DNA of 64,000 nt. Origin: Desulfatiglandales bacterium. Its GTDB lineage: Bacteria; Desulfobacterota; DSM-4660; Desulfatiglandales; Desulfatiglandaceae. The notes beneath the pieces were generated by a model. That model had not been told where the DNA came from and searched no databases. It was given only the letters and a program-made list of their open reading frames with translations. Both the position numbers and the translations under genes were made by a program. Below are positions 39,949 to 50,279 of this stretch, piece by piece (the stretch's first letter is position 1; each line of letters begins with the position of its first letter). The DNA lies in contig OY759599.1 in assembly GCA_963662465.1 (NCBI GenBank), positions 7,968,001 through 8,032,000 on the forward strand. Direction: 5' to 3'.

Positions 39949-41013
39949 ATGCCCACAAAAAAGAAAAAAGCGCCGTCCGCCAATGAAACTTCTTTGGAAA
40001 AAGCCAAACAAGAGAAAAAACCAAAAGATGCCGACAGCTATGCCCGGCGTCCTATTCCGGCGTCATTGGACAAAATCAAACTCGAAGAACCCCCGATAAA
40101 AAACCAGATGCAGAAAATTTTAGCCTTGATTCGCAGCGCCACCGGCCACGATTTTTCTCATTACAAACCGGGCGCCATTGCCCGTTGCATTGAACATTGC
40201 CTGGCGGTTCACCAGATAACGGCGTTGTCCGATTACGTCCGCTATCTCCAGAAAAATCCCGCCGAGATCGACGTGCTTTTCAAGAATCTGCTCATCGGGG
40301 TCACCCGTTTTTTCAGGGACGGGGAAGCCTATGATCTGCTTAAAGGGCAGGCGCTGCCGGCCTTGTTGAGCCAAAAAGATCCGGATACGACCGTCCGTTT
40401 CTGGGTTGCGGGCTGTTCTACCGGTGAAGAAGCCTACTCGTTGGGCATGGTCCTTTCCGAAGTGATGGATAGCCTCAAAAGACAATTCAACGTTAAAATC
40501 TTTGCCACGGATATCGATGGGGCCGCACTGGATATTGCCCGCAAGGGGGTCTATCCGGAAAATATCGACGCGGATGTTTCAAAGGAGCGCCTGAACCGGT
40601 TTTTCATCAAAGAGCCGGGATTGTTCAAGGTCAGCGAACCTCTTCGCAGCAGGGTCATTTTTTCTCTTCAAAATGTCATTAAAGATCCACCCTTTTCCCG
40701 GCTTGACCTGGTGAGTTGCCGAAACCTCATGATCTATATGGACAGTGTCCTGCAGAAAAAAATCATCCCCCTGTTTCACTATACCCTGAACCCGGGTGGG
40801 ATTCTTTTGTTGGGCACATCCGAAAGCATCGGGGAACACAGGGATTTTTTTCAGCCCATCAATAGCAAATGGAAAATTTTTGAACGAAAGAAAGGGTTTG
40901 CCCAAACGACCCCTGCTTATTCCCCCAGTGTCGATTACTTCACCCGGCGAAGAACAGAATCGAACGGCAATCCGCCGACGACCGGCGCTATCCGGGAAAT
41001 GGAGGAGGATTGA
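39949..41013 (+). CDS. cheR: CheR-type methyltransferase (type usually fused to CheB/PAS)
   Basis: LLIGVTRFFRD, AGCSTGEEAYS, ATDID, DPPFSRLDLVSCRNLMIY. Confidence 0.85.
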   Translation: MPTKKKKAPSANETSLEKAKQEKKPKDADSYARRPIPASLDKIKLEEPPIKNQMQKILALIRSATGHDFSHYKPGAIARCIEHCLAVHQITALSDYVRYLQKNPAEIDVLFKNLLIGVTRFFRDGEAYDLLKGQALPALLSQKDPDTTVRFWVAGCSTGEEAYSLGMVLSEVMDSLKRQFNVKIFATDIDGAALDIARKGVYPENIDADVSKERLNRFFIKEPGLFKVSEPLRSRVIFSLQNVIKDPPFSRLDLVSCRNLMIYMDSVLQKKIIPLFHYTLNPGGILLLGTSESIGEHRDFFQPINSKWKIFERKKGFAQTTPAYSPSVDYFTRRRTESNGNPPTTGAIREMEED

Positions 41014-41015
41014 AA

Positions 41016-43292
41016 GTGGCGAAAATGGAGAATATATCAGACGGAGCAGAACTCAGGCGGGTTGCCGAAGCGGCTTTGGAAACTTCACCCCGTGAAGAAG
41101 ATGATCTTTCAGGGATTTCTCCTGAAGCCACAGCGAGCCTGATCCATGAGCTTCGCGTACATCAGGTCGAACTGAACATGCAGAACCAAGAGCTCCGGCG
41201 GGTTCTAGGGGAGCTCGAAACGACGCGGGATCGCTATTCCCACCTCTATGACTTTGCCCCTGTCGGTTACTTCACGATCAGCGATAAAGGAGTGATTCTG
41301 GAAGCGAATCTCACTGCTGTCGCCATGTTGGGTGTGGAAAGGGGCATATTGGCAGGGTCCTCTTTCCATGATTACATCACCATGGATGATCAGGACATTT
41401 TCTATAAACACCGACAACAGTTTTCGGAAACAGAGGCGCCCCGGTCCTGTGAGCTTCGGCTTGTGAAAAGGGACGGTCATGATTTCTATGCCCGATTGGA
41501 ATGCAGCGTCATAACCGGCAGGGGGGACGATGTAAAGCAGATCCGAATGGCGGTAAGCGATGTCACCGAGCGCAAACAGGCGGAAGAGGCGCTGCTGAAA
41601 GCCCATTATGAAGTCGAAGAGAAGGTGGTGGAACGCACTGCCGAATTAGCGAAGATGAACCACGAATTAACGGGGGAGATCGATGAGCGCAAACGGGCGG
41701 AAGAGGCGCTGCGCCGCACGCAGTTAATGTTGGCGCGGACTGAACGTATCGCGCATATCGGCAGTTGGGAATGGAACATCGCTACGGATTCGGTAATTTG
41801 GTCGGAGGAACTCTTCCGCATTTTTCAGCTTGACCCCGAGGGAGGAGCGCCCGGTTGGTCGGAACACGCTGCCTTGTATCACCCTGAAGATATGATCTTC
41901 CTGCGCCGGGCCGTCGAAAGGGCGGTATCCGATGGAACGTCCTATGAACTGGAGCTGCGTGCGTTACGGAAAGACGGAGAAACCCGCGTTTGTCTTGCCC
42001 GTGGATTTCCGGAAATGGATTTGCATGGCGGGGTTGTGCGTCTGTTCGGTTGTTTGCAGGACATTATGGATTTCAAGGCGGCGGAGCAGGCACTGCTTCA
42101 AAGTGAAAAGAAACTCCAAAGTTCACTGATCCATGCCCGGAAAATGGAAAGCATCGCCACGTTGACCGGCGGTATTGCCCATGACTACAATAATCTGATG
42201 TCCATCGTCATGGGCAACCTGTCCATGGCCATGGAGGAGGTAGCGCCGGGCTCTCTTTTTGCGGATTTCCTCAGTGAGGCAAACACCGCCTCTCACAAAG
42301 TACGGGACCTGACCCATGAACTCATGTCCCTGTCCAAAGGCGGCGATCCTGTCAAGGAATTGGGATCTTTAGAGACGCTATTGAAAAATATCGAAAGCCT
42401 GATTCCTGTCGATAGCGATATTTCACTTGAAAAATCCATTTCAAAGGACCTGTGGCCGGTCTCTTATGATCAACATAAAATGGGGGCCGTCTTTAGAAAT
42501 GTGGTGACCAATGCGGTGGAGGCCATGCCGGATGGGGGAACCCTTAACGTGAAAGCAGAGAACCTCCGTGTTGCGGATCAGGACACCCACCCCGGGCTTC
42601 CCCTCAAGCCGGGCGATTATGTTCACATTGCCATTGAAGACCAGGGGGTGGGGATTACGGAAGAAAACCTGAGCAAGATCTTCGATCCGTATTTCTCCAC
42701 CAAGGATATGGGCGTTCAGAAAGGAATGGGCCTGGGGCTCGCCACGTCCTATGCGATTGTACACAAGCATGGGGGGCATATTGCCGTCGACTCAACTCCC
42801 GGTGTGGGAACAACGGTAAACATCTATCTTTCGGCCACTGCCGCGGAGAGTAAAGCGCAAAGCGCAGCGCGTCCTGAACCGGGTCCCCAATCAACAATCG
42901 CCAATCAACAATCATCAATCCAAAGGATTCTGGTCATGGACGATGAGGAGATGCTGAGGCACCTGGCGGAACAAATGTTGAAAAGACTTGGATACGCGGT
43001 AGAAACCGTAAAAGACGGCATCGAAGCCATTGAAGCCTACAAAAAGAAAAAGGATTCGGGCGAGCCCTTTGACGCGGTTATCCTGGACCTCACCATCAAG
43101 GGGGGCATGGGCGGCGAGCAGACCATCAAGGAACTGATCAAGATTGATCCTGATGTGAAGGCCATTGTGTGCAGCGGCTATTTCAATGACCCGGTATTGA
43201 CCAGGCATGCGGAATACGGTTTTCAGGGCGCCATGGCCAAGCCTTATCAAAAGAGCGATATCGAGCGTGTCTTGAAAGAGGTACTGGGGTAG
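41016..43292 (+). CDS. PAS-PAS hybrid histidine kinase
   Basis: HELRVHQVELNMQN, GGIAHDYNN, GMGLGL, REC (VMDDE, DLTIKGGMGG); GTG start after GGAGGAGG. Confidence 0.9.
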   Translation: MAKMENISDGAELRRVAEAALETSPREEDDLSGISPEATASLIHELRVHQVELNMQNQELRRVLGELETTRDRYSHLYDFAPVGYFTISDKGVILEANLTAVAMLGVERGILAGSSFHDYITMDDQDIFYKHRQQFSETEAPRSCELRLVKRDGHDFYARLECSVITGRGDDVKQIRMAVSDVTERKQAEEALLKAHYEVEEKVVERTAELAKMNHELTGEIDERKRAEEALRRTQLMLARTERIAHIGSWEWNIATDSVIWSEELFRIFQLDPEGGAPGWSEHAALYHPEDMIFLRRAVERAVSDGTSYELELRALRKDGETRVCLARGFPEMDLHGGVVRLFGCLQDIMDFKAAEQALLQSEKKLQSSLIHARKMESIATLTGGIAHDYNNLMSIVMGNLSMAMEEVAPGSLFADFLSEANTASHKVRDLTHELMSLSKGGDPVKELGSLETLLKNIESLIPVDSDISLEKSISKDLWPVSYDQHKMGAVFRNVVTNAVEAMPDGGTLNVKAENLRVADQDTHPGLPLKPGDYVHIAIEDQGVGITEENLSKIFDPYFSTKDMGVQKGMGLGLATSYAIVHKHGGHIAVDSTPGVGTTVNIYLSATAAESKAQSAARPEPGPQSTIANQQSSIQRILVMDDEEMLRHLAEQMLKRLGYAVETVKDGIEAIEAYKKKKDSGEPFDAVILDLTIKGGMGGEQTIKELIKIDPDVKAIVCSGYFNDPVLTRHAEYGFQGAMAKPYQKSDIERVLKEVLG
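42843..42922 (+). repeat. Two short heptamer arrays in the HATPase-REC linker
   Basis: gtaaagc gcaaagc gcagcgc and caatcaa caatcgc caatcaa caatcat caatcca. Confidence 0.75.
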
Positions 43293-43522
43293 GGCGTCTA
43301 AAACGACAAAAAAACGTTCCCCGGTTTTTGCCCCCCCCCCCCCAATTTCTGGATTTGTGGTTGCTCTGTTTGCTGTAGCTGCCCATTTTGTAAATTCGCT
43401 TCCGATGCTTGTTTTTTTCGGTTTCGCGCTTGTTGATTCCTCAATTTCCGGTTGCTCACGACTGGGTTGCATATTCTGGTCTGTTTCTGGGGCGGATACG
43501 GGGTTCGGTAAGTATGGGTACA

Positions 43523-43548
43523 GGGCAGGCACAGGGGCCTGCCCCTAC
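43523..43548 (-). repeat. GTAG-type REP
   Basis: Reverse strand reads GTAG-GGGCAGGC-CCCTGT-GCCTGCCC. Confidence 0.7.
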
Positions 43549-43622
43549 ATCCCGAACGTTTACCTCTCTAGCAGATATAACCAGATTATAAGTTACTCAA
43601 AAGCTTTGAGTGGCATATAAAC

Positions 43623-45446
43623 TTATAATCTGAAGTAACGTCCCTCCTCCTCTTCGGCGTCTGCGTTCAGGAAACAGATCCGCTCAAACCCAAGAGAAAC
43701 CACTACAAATGTTTTGAGCCTCAGATTCCGGTACCTACGGGCCAGCCTGTCGCCGTAATCCATACCCTGTATCTTGCCTTCCTTCAGATCCCGCGCAACG
43801 TGCGGCAGGGCATACAGTTCGTCGGAAGAGAGGCGCCGGATGGCCTCCCCGCTGAGCCCCAGCTCCTTGAGACTCAGAAATTTGAACTCGATCAGCACGT
43901 CGAAAATGCTCAGGTATCGTTTGTCCGGTCGGATGATCATGGTGAGGTCCGCGTACCGGCGTTCCAGCTCCGGTTCCGAATCCATAATGTAGAGAATATC
44001 GTTATAGAGCAGCGCCAGAAACGCGGTCTTGATGGTCAGCTCGTTGGCCTGGGCGTAGTCCCGGTTTTTGAAGACGGTGAAAAGATGTCCCTCCACAAAA
44101 GCGCATACCGGCGCGATGTTCCCCTCCTGATACGCCTTTTCAGCCGCCAGCCTGCCTTTATCCCGAATCACCGGGTCCGGCAGCATCATGCGCCGCACCC
44201 GTTCCACGTACAGGCCCTGCATCACCAGGTTCGGAACCTTCAGGGCGAGTTTCCCCCGGGGCGTTTCACCTGCCAGGGTCAGGACACCGAAATAGTATAG
44301 AAACGAGGCGATGAAGGTCTGATCTTTTGACTGCCGGGAAAGCATTTCACTCAACCCGAATCGGTCCTCGATATCCGGAACAACAATATCACGACCTTTT
44401 TCCACCAGGGAAAGAATAAGTTCTCGGCCTCCGGGCATTCCGGCTACATATTCCAGCTTCGAATCATCCACGGAAAGATTGGCATCCAGCATCTTGCGCG
44501 GGTATTCGCGCCGCTTCTGGAACTGCTTGAAAAAATAAAGGCAAAGGGTAGGATTGTACACCGCCTGGCCGCCCCGTGGAATAAAGTTGTAACCGTTGTA
44601 CCAGGTGCGCATCATCAAAAGGGCCTCTTTTGCCTTGTCCTCTGAAAGCCCGCGGATCCCGCTGATCCTGCTGAGGGTTTCGGCCACCTCTTCCTCTCTA
44701 AATCCGCACAAATCCCAGAATTCCGGCTCCAAAAACAGATCTTCCGCAATGTTGTGTCCGCTGGTGATGTCGCTCATGACCACCGGCGACACGCCGGTGA
44801 TGAAGACCCGGTCAAACCCGGTTCCTGAAGTGGAGGCTTTCACCACCTTGAATACGGTTCGGAGGAGCCCTTCATCATGGACCACCGATTCATATCGCTC
44901 CCGGGAATCCAGGGTAGGCTGCATCATGATGGTGTTGGCGAAATTGTCGTACTCGTCGATAAGGAGGAAAACCGGATGTCCCGCGCTTTGGGTTACGCTC
45001 AAAAGGGATTCCATCGTGGCGAGGGCGTTTTCCGGATCCACATCCGTTTGAGCCGGATCAAGGCCGTTGTCTCGATAGTACCGAAGGAAATTTTTAATGC
45101 GCACGTTGATGTGATCATACAAAGATCGCTTCACATCCTCGGGTGCTCCCGCGGGGTCAACGCACGAAAAATCCAGGCGTAGGATGAAATAGCTGTTTCG
45201 CGGGGGAGTGGGGTCCCGACCGATGGCAAGCCGACCGAAGATGTCGTCAAAGGCGTCTTTTCGCGCAATGTCGTAATAGTTTTCCAGCATGGACAACGCC
45301 AGGCTCTTGCCGAAGCGGCGGGGGCGGATGAAGAGCTGGGTCTTGCCCCGCTCCAGGTCAGGGATGGCAGCGGTGCGGTCGCAGTAAAAATATCCCTCTG
45401 TGATGATTTGTCTAAAATCCGACATTCCGTAGGGGAATTTGATCAT
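43623..45446 (-). CDS. AAA-ATPase-like plus PD-(D/E)XK nuclease protein
   Basis: FPYGMSDF, RPRRFGKS, LIDEYDN, WYNGY, YADL...IEFK. Confidence 0.88.
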   Translation of the reverse strand: MIKFPYGMSDFRQIITEGYFYCDRTAAIPDLERGKTQLFIRPRRFGKSLALSMLENYYDIARKDAFDDIFGRLAIGRDPTPPRNSYFILRLDFSCVDPAGAPEDVKRSLYDHINVRIKNFLRYYRDNGLDPAQTDVDPENALATMESLLSVTQSAGHPVFLLIDEYDNFANTIMMQPTLDSRERYESVVHDEGLLRTVFKVVKASTSGTGFDRVFITGVSPVVMSDITSGHNIAEDLFLEPEFWDLCGFREEEVAETLSRISGIRGLSEDKAKEALLMMRTWYNGYNFIPRGGQAVYNPTLCLYFFKQFQKRREYPRKMLDANLSVDDSKLEYVAGMPGGRELILSLVEKGRDIVVPDIEDRFGLSEMLSRQSKDQTFIASFLYYFGVLTLAGETPRGKLALKVPNLVMQGLYVERVRRMMLPDPVIRDKGRLAAEKAYQEGNIAPVCAFVEGHLFTVFKNRDYAQANELTIKTAFLALLYNDILYIMDSEPELERRYADLTMIIRPDKRYLSIFDVLIEFKFLSLKELGLSGEAIRRLSSDELYALPHVARDLKEGKIQGMDYGDRLARRYRNLRLKTFVVVSLGFERICFLNADAEEEEGRYFRL

Positions 45447-45487
45447 GGCGAGGAACCCTCCGTGTCGTGTTGTCGTCATTTTTGAAG

Positions 45488-45516
45488 ACTATAAGGTGGA
45501 TGGACGGGCCTGTCAA
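45488..45516 (-). promoter_or_regulatory. sigma70 promoter TTGACA-17-TATAGT
   Basis: Near-consensus boxes about 40 bp upstream of the AAA gene start. Confidence 0.75.
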
Positions 45517-45913
45517 TGAACCTGTGAGAACCCTGGGGGCGGCTTTTCTCATGTGGAGGGTTGGTGCTGATTATAATGGATTTGGGGGAGGAACTCCCTT
45601 TTTTCTCTTGAATGGAACCTTGGAGGTTCAGTCACTGGCAGCGCGGCTTGCAAAGCTGGCAGCAAGGGTACGGAATGCGAAGGAAAAGTTGGTGTCGAAC
45701 TATCCGGTGGAATCAAGGCGGATGTGACCACAAAAAAGGAATTGTCCACTTCGACTTTTCAGCCTCAAATGACATGGGTCTGGAAGATATCAGACTTGGT
45801 CAGATCAAAATATCCTGAAGGTCTTCCGATTAATGTGGAATTCCAACCTGAACTTATTCATTGCTACACAATTAACAACGGGCCTCCAGTATTATCCAAA
45901 ACAGTTTACCTTA

Positions 45914-46147
45914 AGCCGGAAAAACCGAAGGAAGTTCCGGCAGTGGCGGTGAACGGGACGGCGATGGTCATCGAGGATGAGCTCCAGGTGCGGCAATTGG
46001 CGGCAAGAATGCTCTTGAAACTGGGTTTCACGGTACTTGAAGCCGGGGACGGGGCTGAGGGTGTGGAAATATTCAAGGCGCACCCGGGTGAAATCCGCTG
46101 TGTGATCTGCGACTTGAGCATGCCGAAGGGCCCCAGGCTTTTTTGGG
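45914..46147 (+). pseudogene. Duplicated, internally deleted REC fragment (copy of 39159-39504)
   Basis: High nucleotide identity to 39159-39370, then jumps to the 39483-39504 sequence. Confidence 0.85.
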
Positions 46148-46149
46148 AG

Positions 46150-46523
46150 TATCCGATTGGCGTGAGAGTGATACCAAGATTTCTATGGCAGACGCTCTGA
46201 TGTCCGGCTTTGCCGTCTTCTCCCTTAAAGAACCGTCCTTGCTTGCTTTTGACCAGCGAAGAGAAACTGATGGAAATTTAGAAAGTATTTACCACGTAAA
46301 AGATATACCGTGTGACACGCAGATGAGGTCTATTTTGGACGAAGTAAATCCCGAAGAAATTCGGCATAGAGGGACCCAAGTAAAAGTGATTATGGTTACC
46401 GCATTGGATGATCCTAAAAATGTATTTGAAGCCCTATACCAGGGAGGCGCCACATCTTATATCGTCAAGCCCATCGATAAAGAAAAACTTCTCGATGAAA
46501 TTCGTGATTTTGGTCTTATCTGA
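46150..46523 (+). pseudogene. Transposase N-terminal fragment joined to a response-regulator C-terminus
   Basis: ISMADALMSGFAVFSLKEPSLLAFD...PCDTQMRSILDEV followed by VIMVTALDD...YIVKPIDKEKLL. Confidence 0.65.
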
Positions 46524-49500
46524 TTCTGGAGGGCGTTGATTCCTGAACATCATCCAGCACTCTTCGAACCGTTCGGGCCAGTGTCGATTTCGTTACGGGT
46601 TTTTTCAATAAACCTTTGAGGCCCATTTTTATTGCATCTTGAGCATTCATGTGCTCACTGAAACCGGTGCTGAGAATCACCGGAATGTCCGGTCTGACGG
46701 CCAACAATTCAACTGCCAGTTGAATCCCGGTTTTTTTTGGCATGGCCATGTCGGTAATTACCAGATCAAAATCGTCAGGCGCTGCTTGAAACGCCTTTAA
46801 AGCGTCCATCGGGTTTTTAAAGGCGGTCGCAGCGTATCCCAGCCTTTTGAGTATCTGCCGCTCAAGATGTACGATGGCTTCCTCGTCATCCACCAGCAGA
46901 ATCCTTTCATGGCCTGTTGGAAGATTTTCCGGCTTTTCGAGGGATTTTCTTTTGACCGGTTTTTCAATTAAAGGCAAATACACATTAAATACGGTTCCTT
47001 TGCCCAATTCGCTGTAAGCTCTGATATCTCCTCCGTGTTCATGGATGATACCGTGCGCGACCGCCAGTCCGAGTCCTGTCCCTTTCCCGTGTTCTTTGGT
47101 TGTGAAATAAGGGTCAAATATTTTTTCCATGTGATCCGGGTCAATACCGGAACCCGTATCCTCAACCGTTATCATGGCGTAACGTCCCGGTTTGAGAGAA
47201 GCGATTGGTACATCTTCCGAATCCAGTTTGATTTCTTTCAGATATACTGATATCCTTCCCCCCGCATCCTGAACCGCATGGTAGGCATTGGTGATCAGGT
47301 TCATGCCGATCTGGTGAATTTGGGTTTCATCTCCCAAAATCAATCCGCAATCTGTTTGAATATTCTGCTTTATCTCAATATTTGTCGGAATCGTGGAACG
47401 GCATAGTTTAATGACCTCTTTTAATATGCCTTGAAGCCTAATGGGGAGCATTTCATGTTCGGTTTTTCGGCTGAATGCGAGGATCTGCTGAACAAGATCT
47501 CGCCCCCTTTCAGCGGCTTCCAAAATCCGTTGAGCACTTTCGTGTTCAAAGCTGTCCAGGGGGAGATCATCCAGCAACAGTTCGGATAACCCCATGATGG
47601 GAAATAAAATGTTGTTGAAGTCATGGGCAATGCCGCCTGCCAGATTTCCGATGGATTCCATTTTCTGAATTTGACGCACCTGTTTTTCGAGATTTGCTTT
47701 TTCCTCGTCCGCCTTTTTCCTCTCTGTTGTATTGGCCGATACGACCGTTATGTAAACAATTTCCCCTTCATCATTAAAAACCGGTAGCAGGTTGCTATCG
47801 AGCCATAATGCATGTCCGTCAACGTCACAGGCCAATGCCTCCATGGTGACACTACAACCTGTTCTTTTTACTTCCTTTAAAGCTTTTTTCATTTCATTTC
47901 GAAAGGCTTCAGGAAAAAACGCGAAAGGATAAGGCTTCCCGTATACGGTATCGGTTTCATCCACTTTCAGCATTTTGAATCCATTCAAACTCATGTATGT
48001 CAGATTGAAATCGAGATCCACAATTTTGTGGCAGACCGGGGAGTGGTCGAGCAATGACTGATTTCTTCTTTGAATATGTCTCAGCCTTTTATCGAAATTA
48101 ACGCGGTCAGTAATATCCAAATGATTTCCGATGATGCGAACCATCGCCCCCGCGGCATCCCGTTCAACAACGCGTCCCTTCGCCTGAATCCAGCGGTAAT
48201 GACCCTGTTTGGTTTGCATTCGGAAAATATTTTCGTAAACATCGCGTCCCGTTTTCAGGTACGTCTCGGCTGTTTGAAGCGCGTCCTCTTGATCATCCGG
48301 ATGAATCAAGCGTTTCCAGCTTTCAACTGTTGCCGGAAATTCCCCGGGCTCGTAGCCGAGCATGGTGTAATATACAGGGCTGAACTCCAATTCATTTGTC
48401 TTGAGATGCCATTTCCAGATGCCTTCGCTCACGGCTTTCAGGGTAAGACGCATTTCTTTTTCCGCCAGCTTCCGCTCTGTGATATCGGCCGCCACACCTA
48501 AAACAGCCGGCGTTCCATCCCAGTCCACCATGCGCGCAGAGACTTTGAGTGGAAAAGTTGTTCCGTCTTTTCTTCGGTGCGCCACCTCGAAATAGGCCTC
48601 GCCCTGATTCACCAGTTGTTCCATGCGCTGTCGAAGCTGTCCTTTGCTTTTTTCGTCATCTATTTCGGAGAGTTTCAATGTCATGAATTTTTCATGACTG
48701 TAGCCGTGCAGGGAGGCGGTGGCCTGGTTGGCGTAGAGAAATTGACCATCCGTTGTATGAACCGTAATGGAAGCAGGCGCCATATCCAGCATCACTCCCA
48801 TGTGCCGAAGCCGGGTTTTTGAGTAACGGAGCGCTTGTTCGGCCCGGTATCGTTCACAGGTATGCCCCAGTCGTTCCGCAATGGCATGCACGAGACGACG
48901 CTCGGCCGGCAAAAAATGGGCTTTCTCCGGCAAAGAAGACGCTTCCATATAGCATAACCTCAGTTCGCCGCGGGATTTGCCGTCGACCAGCAGCGGTTCC
49001 GAAAGTGAAGCCTCAGTGCATTCATGGCAGTCGGGGAGGCACATTTGATGTGACTTGTAGATATTGTTGTCATAGCGGATCCGAGCGCGGGCAATTTCAG
49101 GATACTGCATCGCGTCGATCACAATATCGAGGGTTTCGCGTAAAATCGCGTGCAGATCTCGGCGTTGTTCCAAAAGTCTGGAAAGACTATGAAAAGCCTC
49201 GAGTTCCTTGAGGCGCTGCTTAAGGACATTTTTTTTCTGCTTTTGTTCGGTAATATCCGTGCCAAGTGAAACAACTCCCGCGATCGAACCGTTCGAATTC
49301 CGGTACGGAGAATAGTGCATCTCCATCCATCGCGTATCTGCATGAGGCGCTTGAAAAAGTATCTCGTAATGCACATCTTCGCCGGCGAGGCAACGGTCCA
49401 GGTTTGGCCGAATGTTGTTTTCGAAAAATCCGGTTTGATAGAAGTCGCCAACGCACTGACCAACGATTTCAGATGGGTCTTTTCCGTAAATAGACGAGTA

Positions 49501-50130
49501 GGCCTCGTTCACCGTTTGATAGCGATACTCGGTGTCCAAAACGGCCATGGGGTTGGGGAGGTCCCTCGTGATGTGCCGATGAAGCCATAAATGCTTCTGC
49601 GTATCCAATGAAAACAACGCATAACCCAGATCTTCAGCCAACTCGGCCAGCAGGTTACATTCTTCTTTCTCTTCAAGAGAGGACTTTGGAATTGAAACGC
49701 TGAGCAGGCCGAAGACGCGATCCCGGTGGGCGATACGGACGGTCATGGCGCTACGCCCGCGGTAGCCCCCCGAAAGAGGGCAGTCCGAGCAGGTTTTACC
49801 CGGATCACCGGTTGTGGTCACTGCTTTCTTGTCGAGCGCCCTCAAGGCACATCGAGTCAGACGACCTGTGTGCAGCTGCGCTACCATGGGCAGGAAGGCT
49901 TCCCCCAGGCCAGATTCATAGCTTCCTAAAAGTCTTCGGCCTGAATCAAGCAGGGCAATCCAGGCGTTAAAATATCCCTGGGTTTCCGTTAGGCAATCAC
50001 AGGCCCCTTGCAGCAGCTCGCTGCTGTCTTTGGCGTGGTTGATGAGCCGGTTGACTTTACGGAGGGCTGTAAGCCTTCTATTTAACTGCTCCAAGCGCGT
50101 TTCATTGTCGTTCGTTTCCTGGTGCTTCAT
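46516..50130 (-). CDS. GAF/multi-PAS hybrid histidine kinase
   Basis: GAF, PAS, GAF-like, three PAS, GGIAHDFNN, GTGLGL, REC; no TM; start ATG 50130 after GGGAG. Confidence 0.9.
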   Translation of the reverse strand: MKHQETNDNETRLEQLNRRLTALRKVNRLINHAKDSSELLQGACDCLTETQGYFNAWIALLDSGRRLLGSYESGLGEAFLPMVAQLHTGRLTRCALRALDKKAVTTTGDPGKTCSDCPLSGGYRGRSAMTVRIAHRDRVFGLLSVSIPKSSLEEKEECNLLAELAEDLGYALFSLDTQKHLWLHRHITRDLPNPMAVLDTEYRYQTVNEAYSSIYGKDPSEIVGQCVGDFYQTGFFENNIRPNLDRCLAGEDVHYEILFQAPHADTRWMEMHYSPYRNSNGSIAGVVSLGTDITEQKQKKNVLKQRLKELEAFHSLSRLLEQRRDLHAILRETLDIVIDAMQYPEIARARIRYDNNIYKSHQMCLPDCHECTEASLSEPLLVDGKSRGELRLCYMEASSLPEKAHFLPAERRLVHAIAERLGHTCERYRAEQALRYSKTRLRHMGVMLDMAPASITVHTTDGQFLYANQATASLHGYSHEKFMTLKLSEIDDEKSKGQLRQRMEQLVNQGEAYFEVAHRRKDGTTFPLKVSARMVDWDGTPAVLGVAADITERKLAEKEMRLTLKAVSEGIWKWHLKTNELEFSPVYYTMLGYEPGEFPATVESWKRLIHPDDQEDALQTAETYLKTGRDVYENIFRMQTKQGHYRWIQAKGRVVERDAAGAMVRIIGNHLDITDRVNFDKRLRHIQRRNQSLLDHSPVCHKIVDLDFNLTYMSLNGFKMLKVDETDTVYGKPYPFAFFPEAFRNEMKKALKEVKRTGCSVTMEALACDVDGHALWLDSNLLPVFNDEGEIVYITVVSANTTERKKADEEKANLEKQVRQIQKMESIGNLAGGIAHDFNNILFPIMGLSELLLDDLPLDSFEHESAQRILEAAERGRDLVQQILAFSRKTEHEMLPIRLQGILKEVIKLCRSTIPTNIEIKQNIQTDCGLILGDETQIHQIGMNLITNAYHAVQDAGGRISVYLKEIKLDSEDVPIASLKPGRYAMITVEDTGSGIDPDHMEKIFDPYFTTKEHGKGTGLGLAVAHGIIHEHGGDIRAYSELGKGTVFNVYLPLIEKPVKRKSLEKPENLPTGHERILLVDDEEAIVHLERQILKRLGYAATAFKNPMDALKAFQAAPDDFDLVITDMAMPKKTGIQLAVELLAVRPDIPVILSTGFSEHMNAQDAIKMGLKGLLKKPVTKSTLARTVRRVLDDVQESTPSRIR

Positions 50131-50279
50131 GTTCACTCCCAGATGGTTAATATCAATTGACAAATATTAGAGAATTGATTTTGCGTGGATGCCGAGACCG
50201 ATAAAAAAACCGAGTCAGTCAATTTAAAACAATATGTCATCCGGTTTTCCGATTTGTTATCAGTTATGTTCCGCAGAGG

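Noticed and set aside
43331..43343. Poly-C tract as a phase-variation site
   Set aside because: It lies downstream of two convergent genes; no plausible target, and homopolymer length is error-prone.
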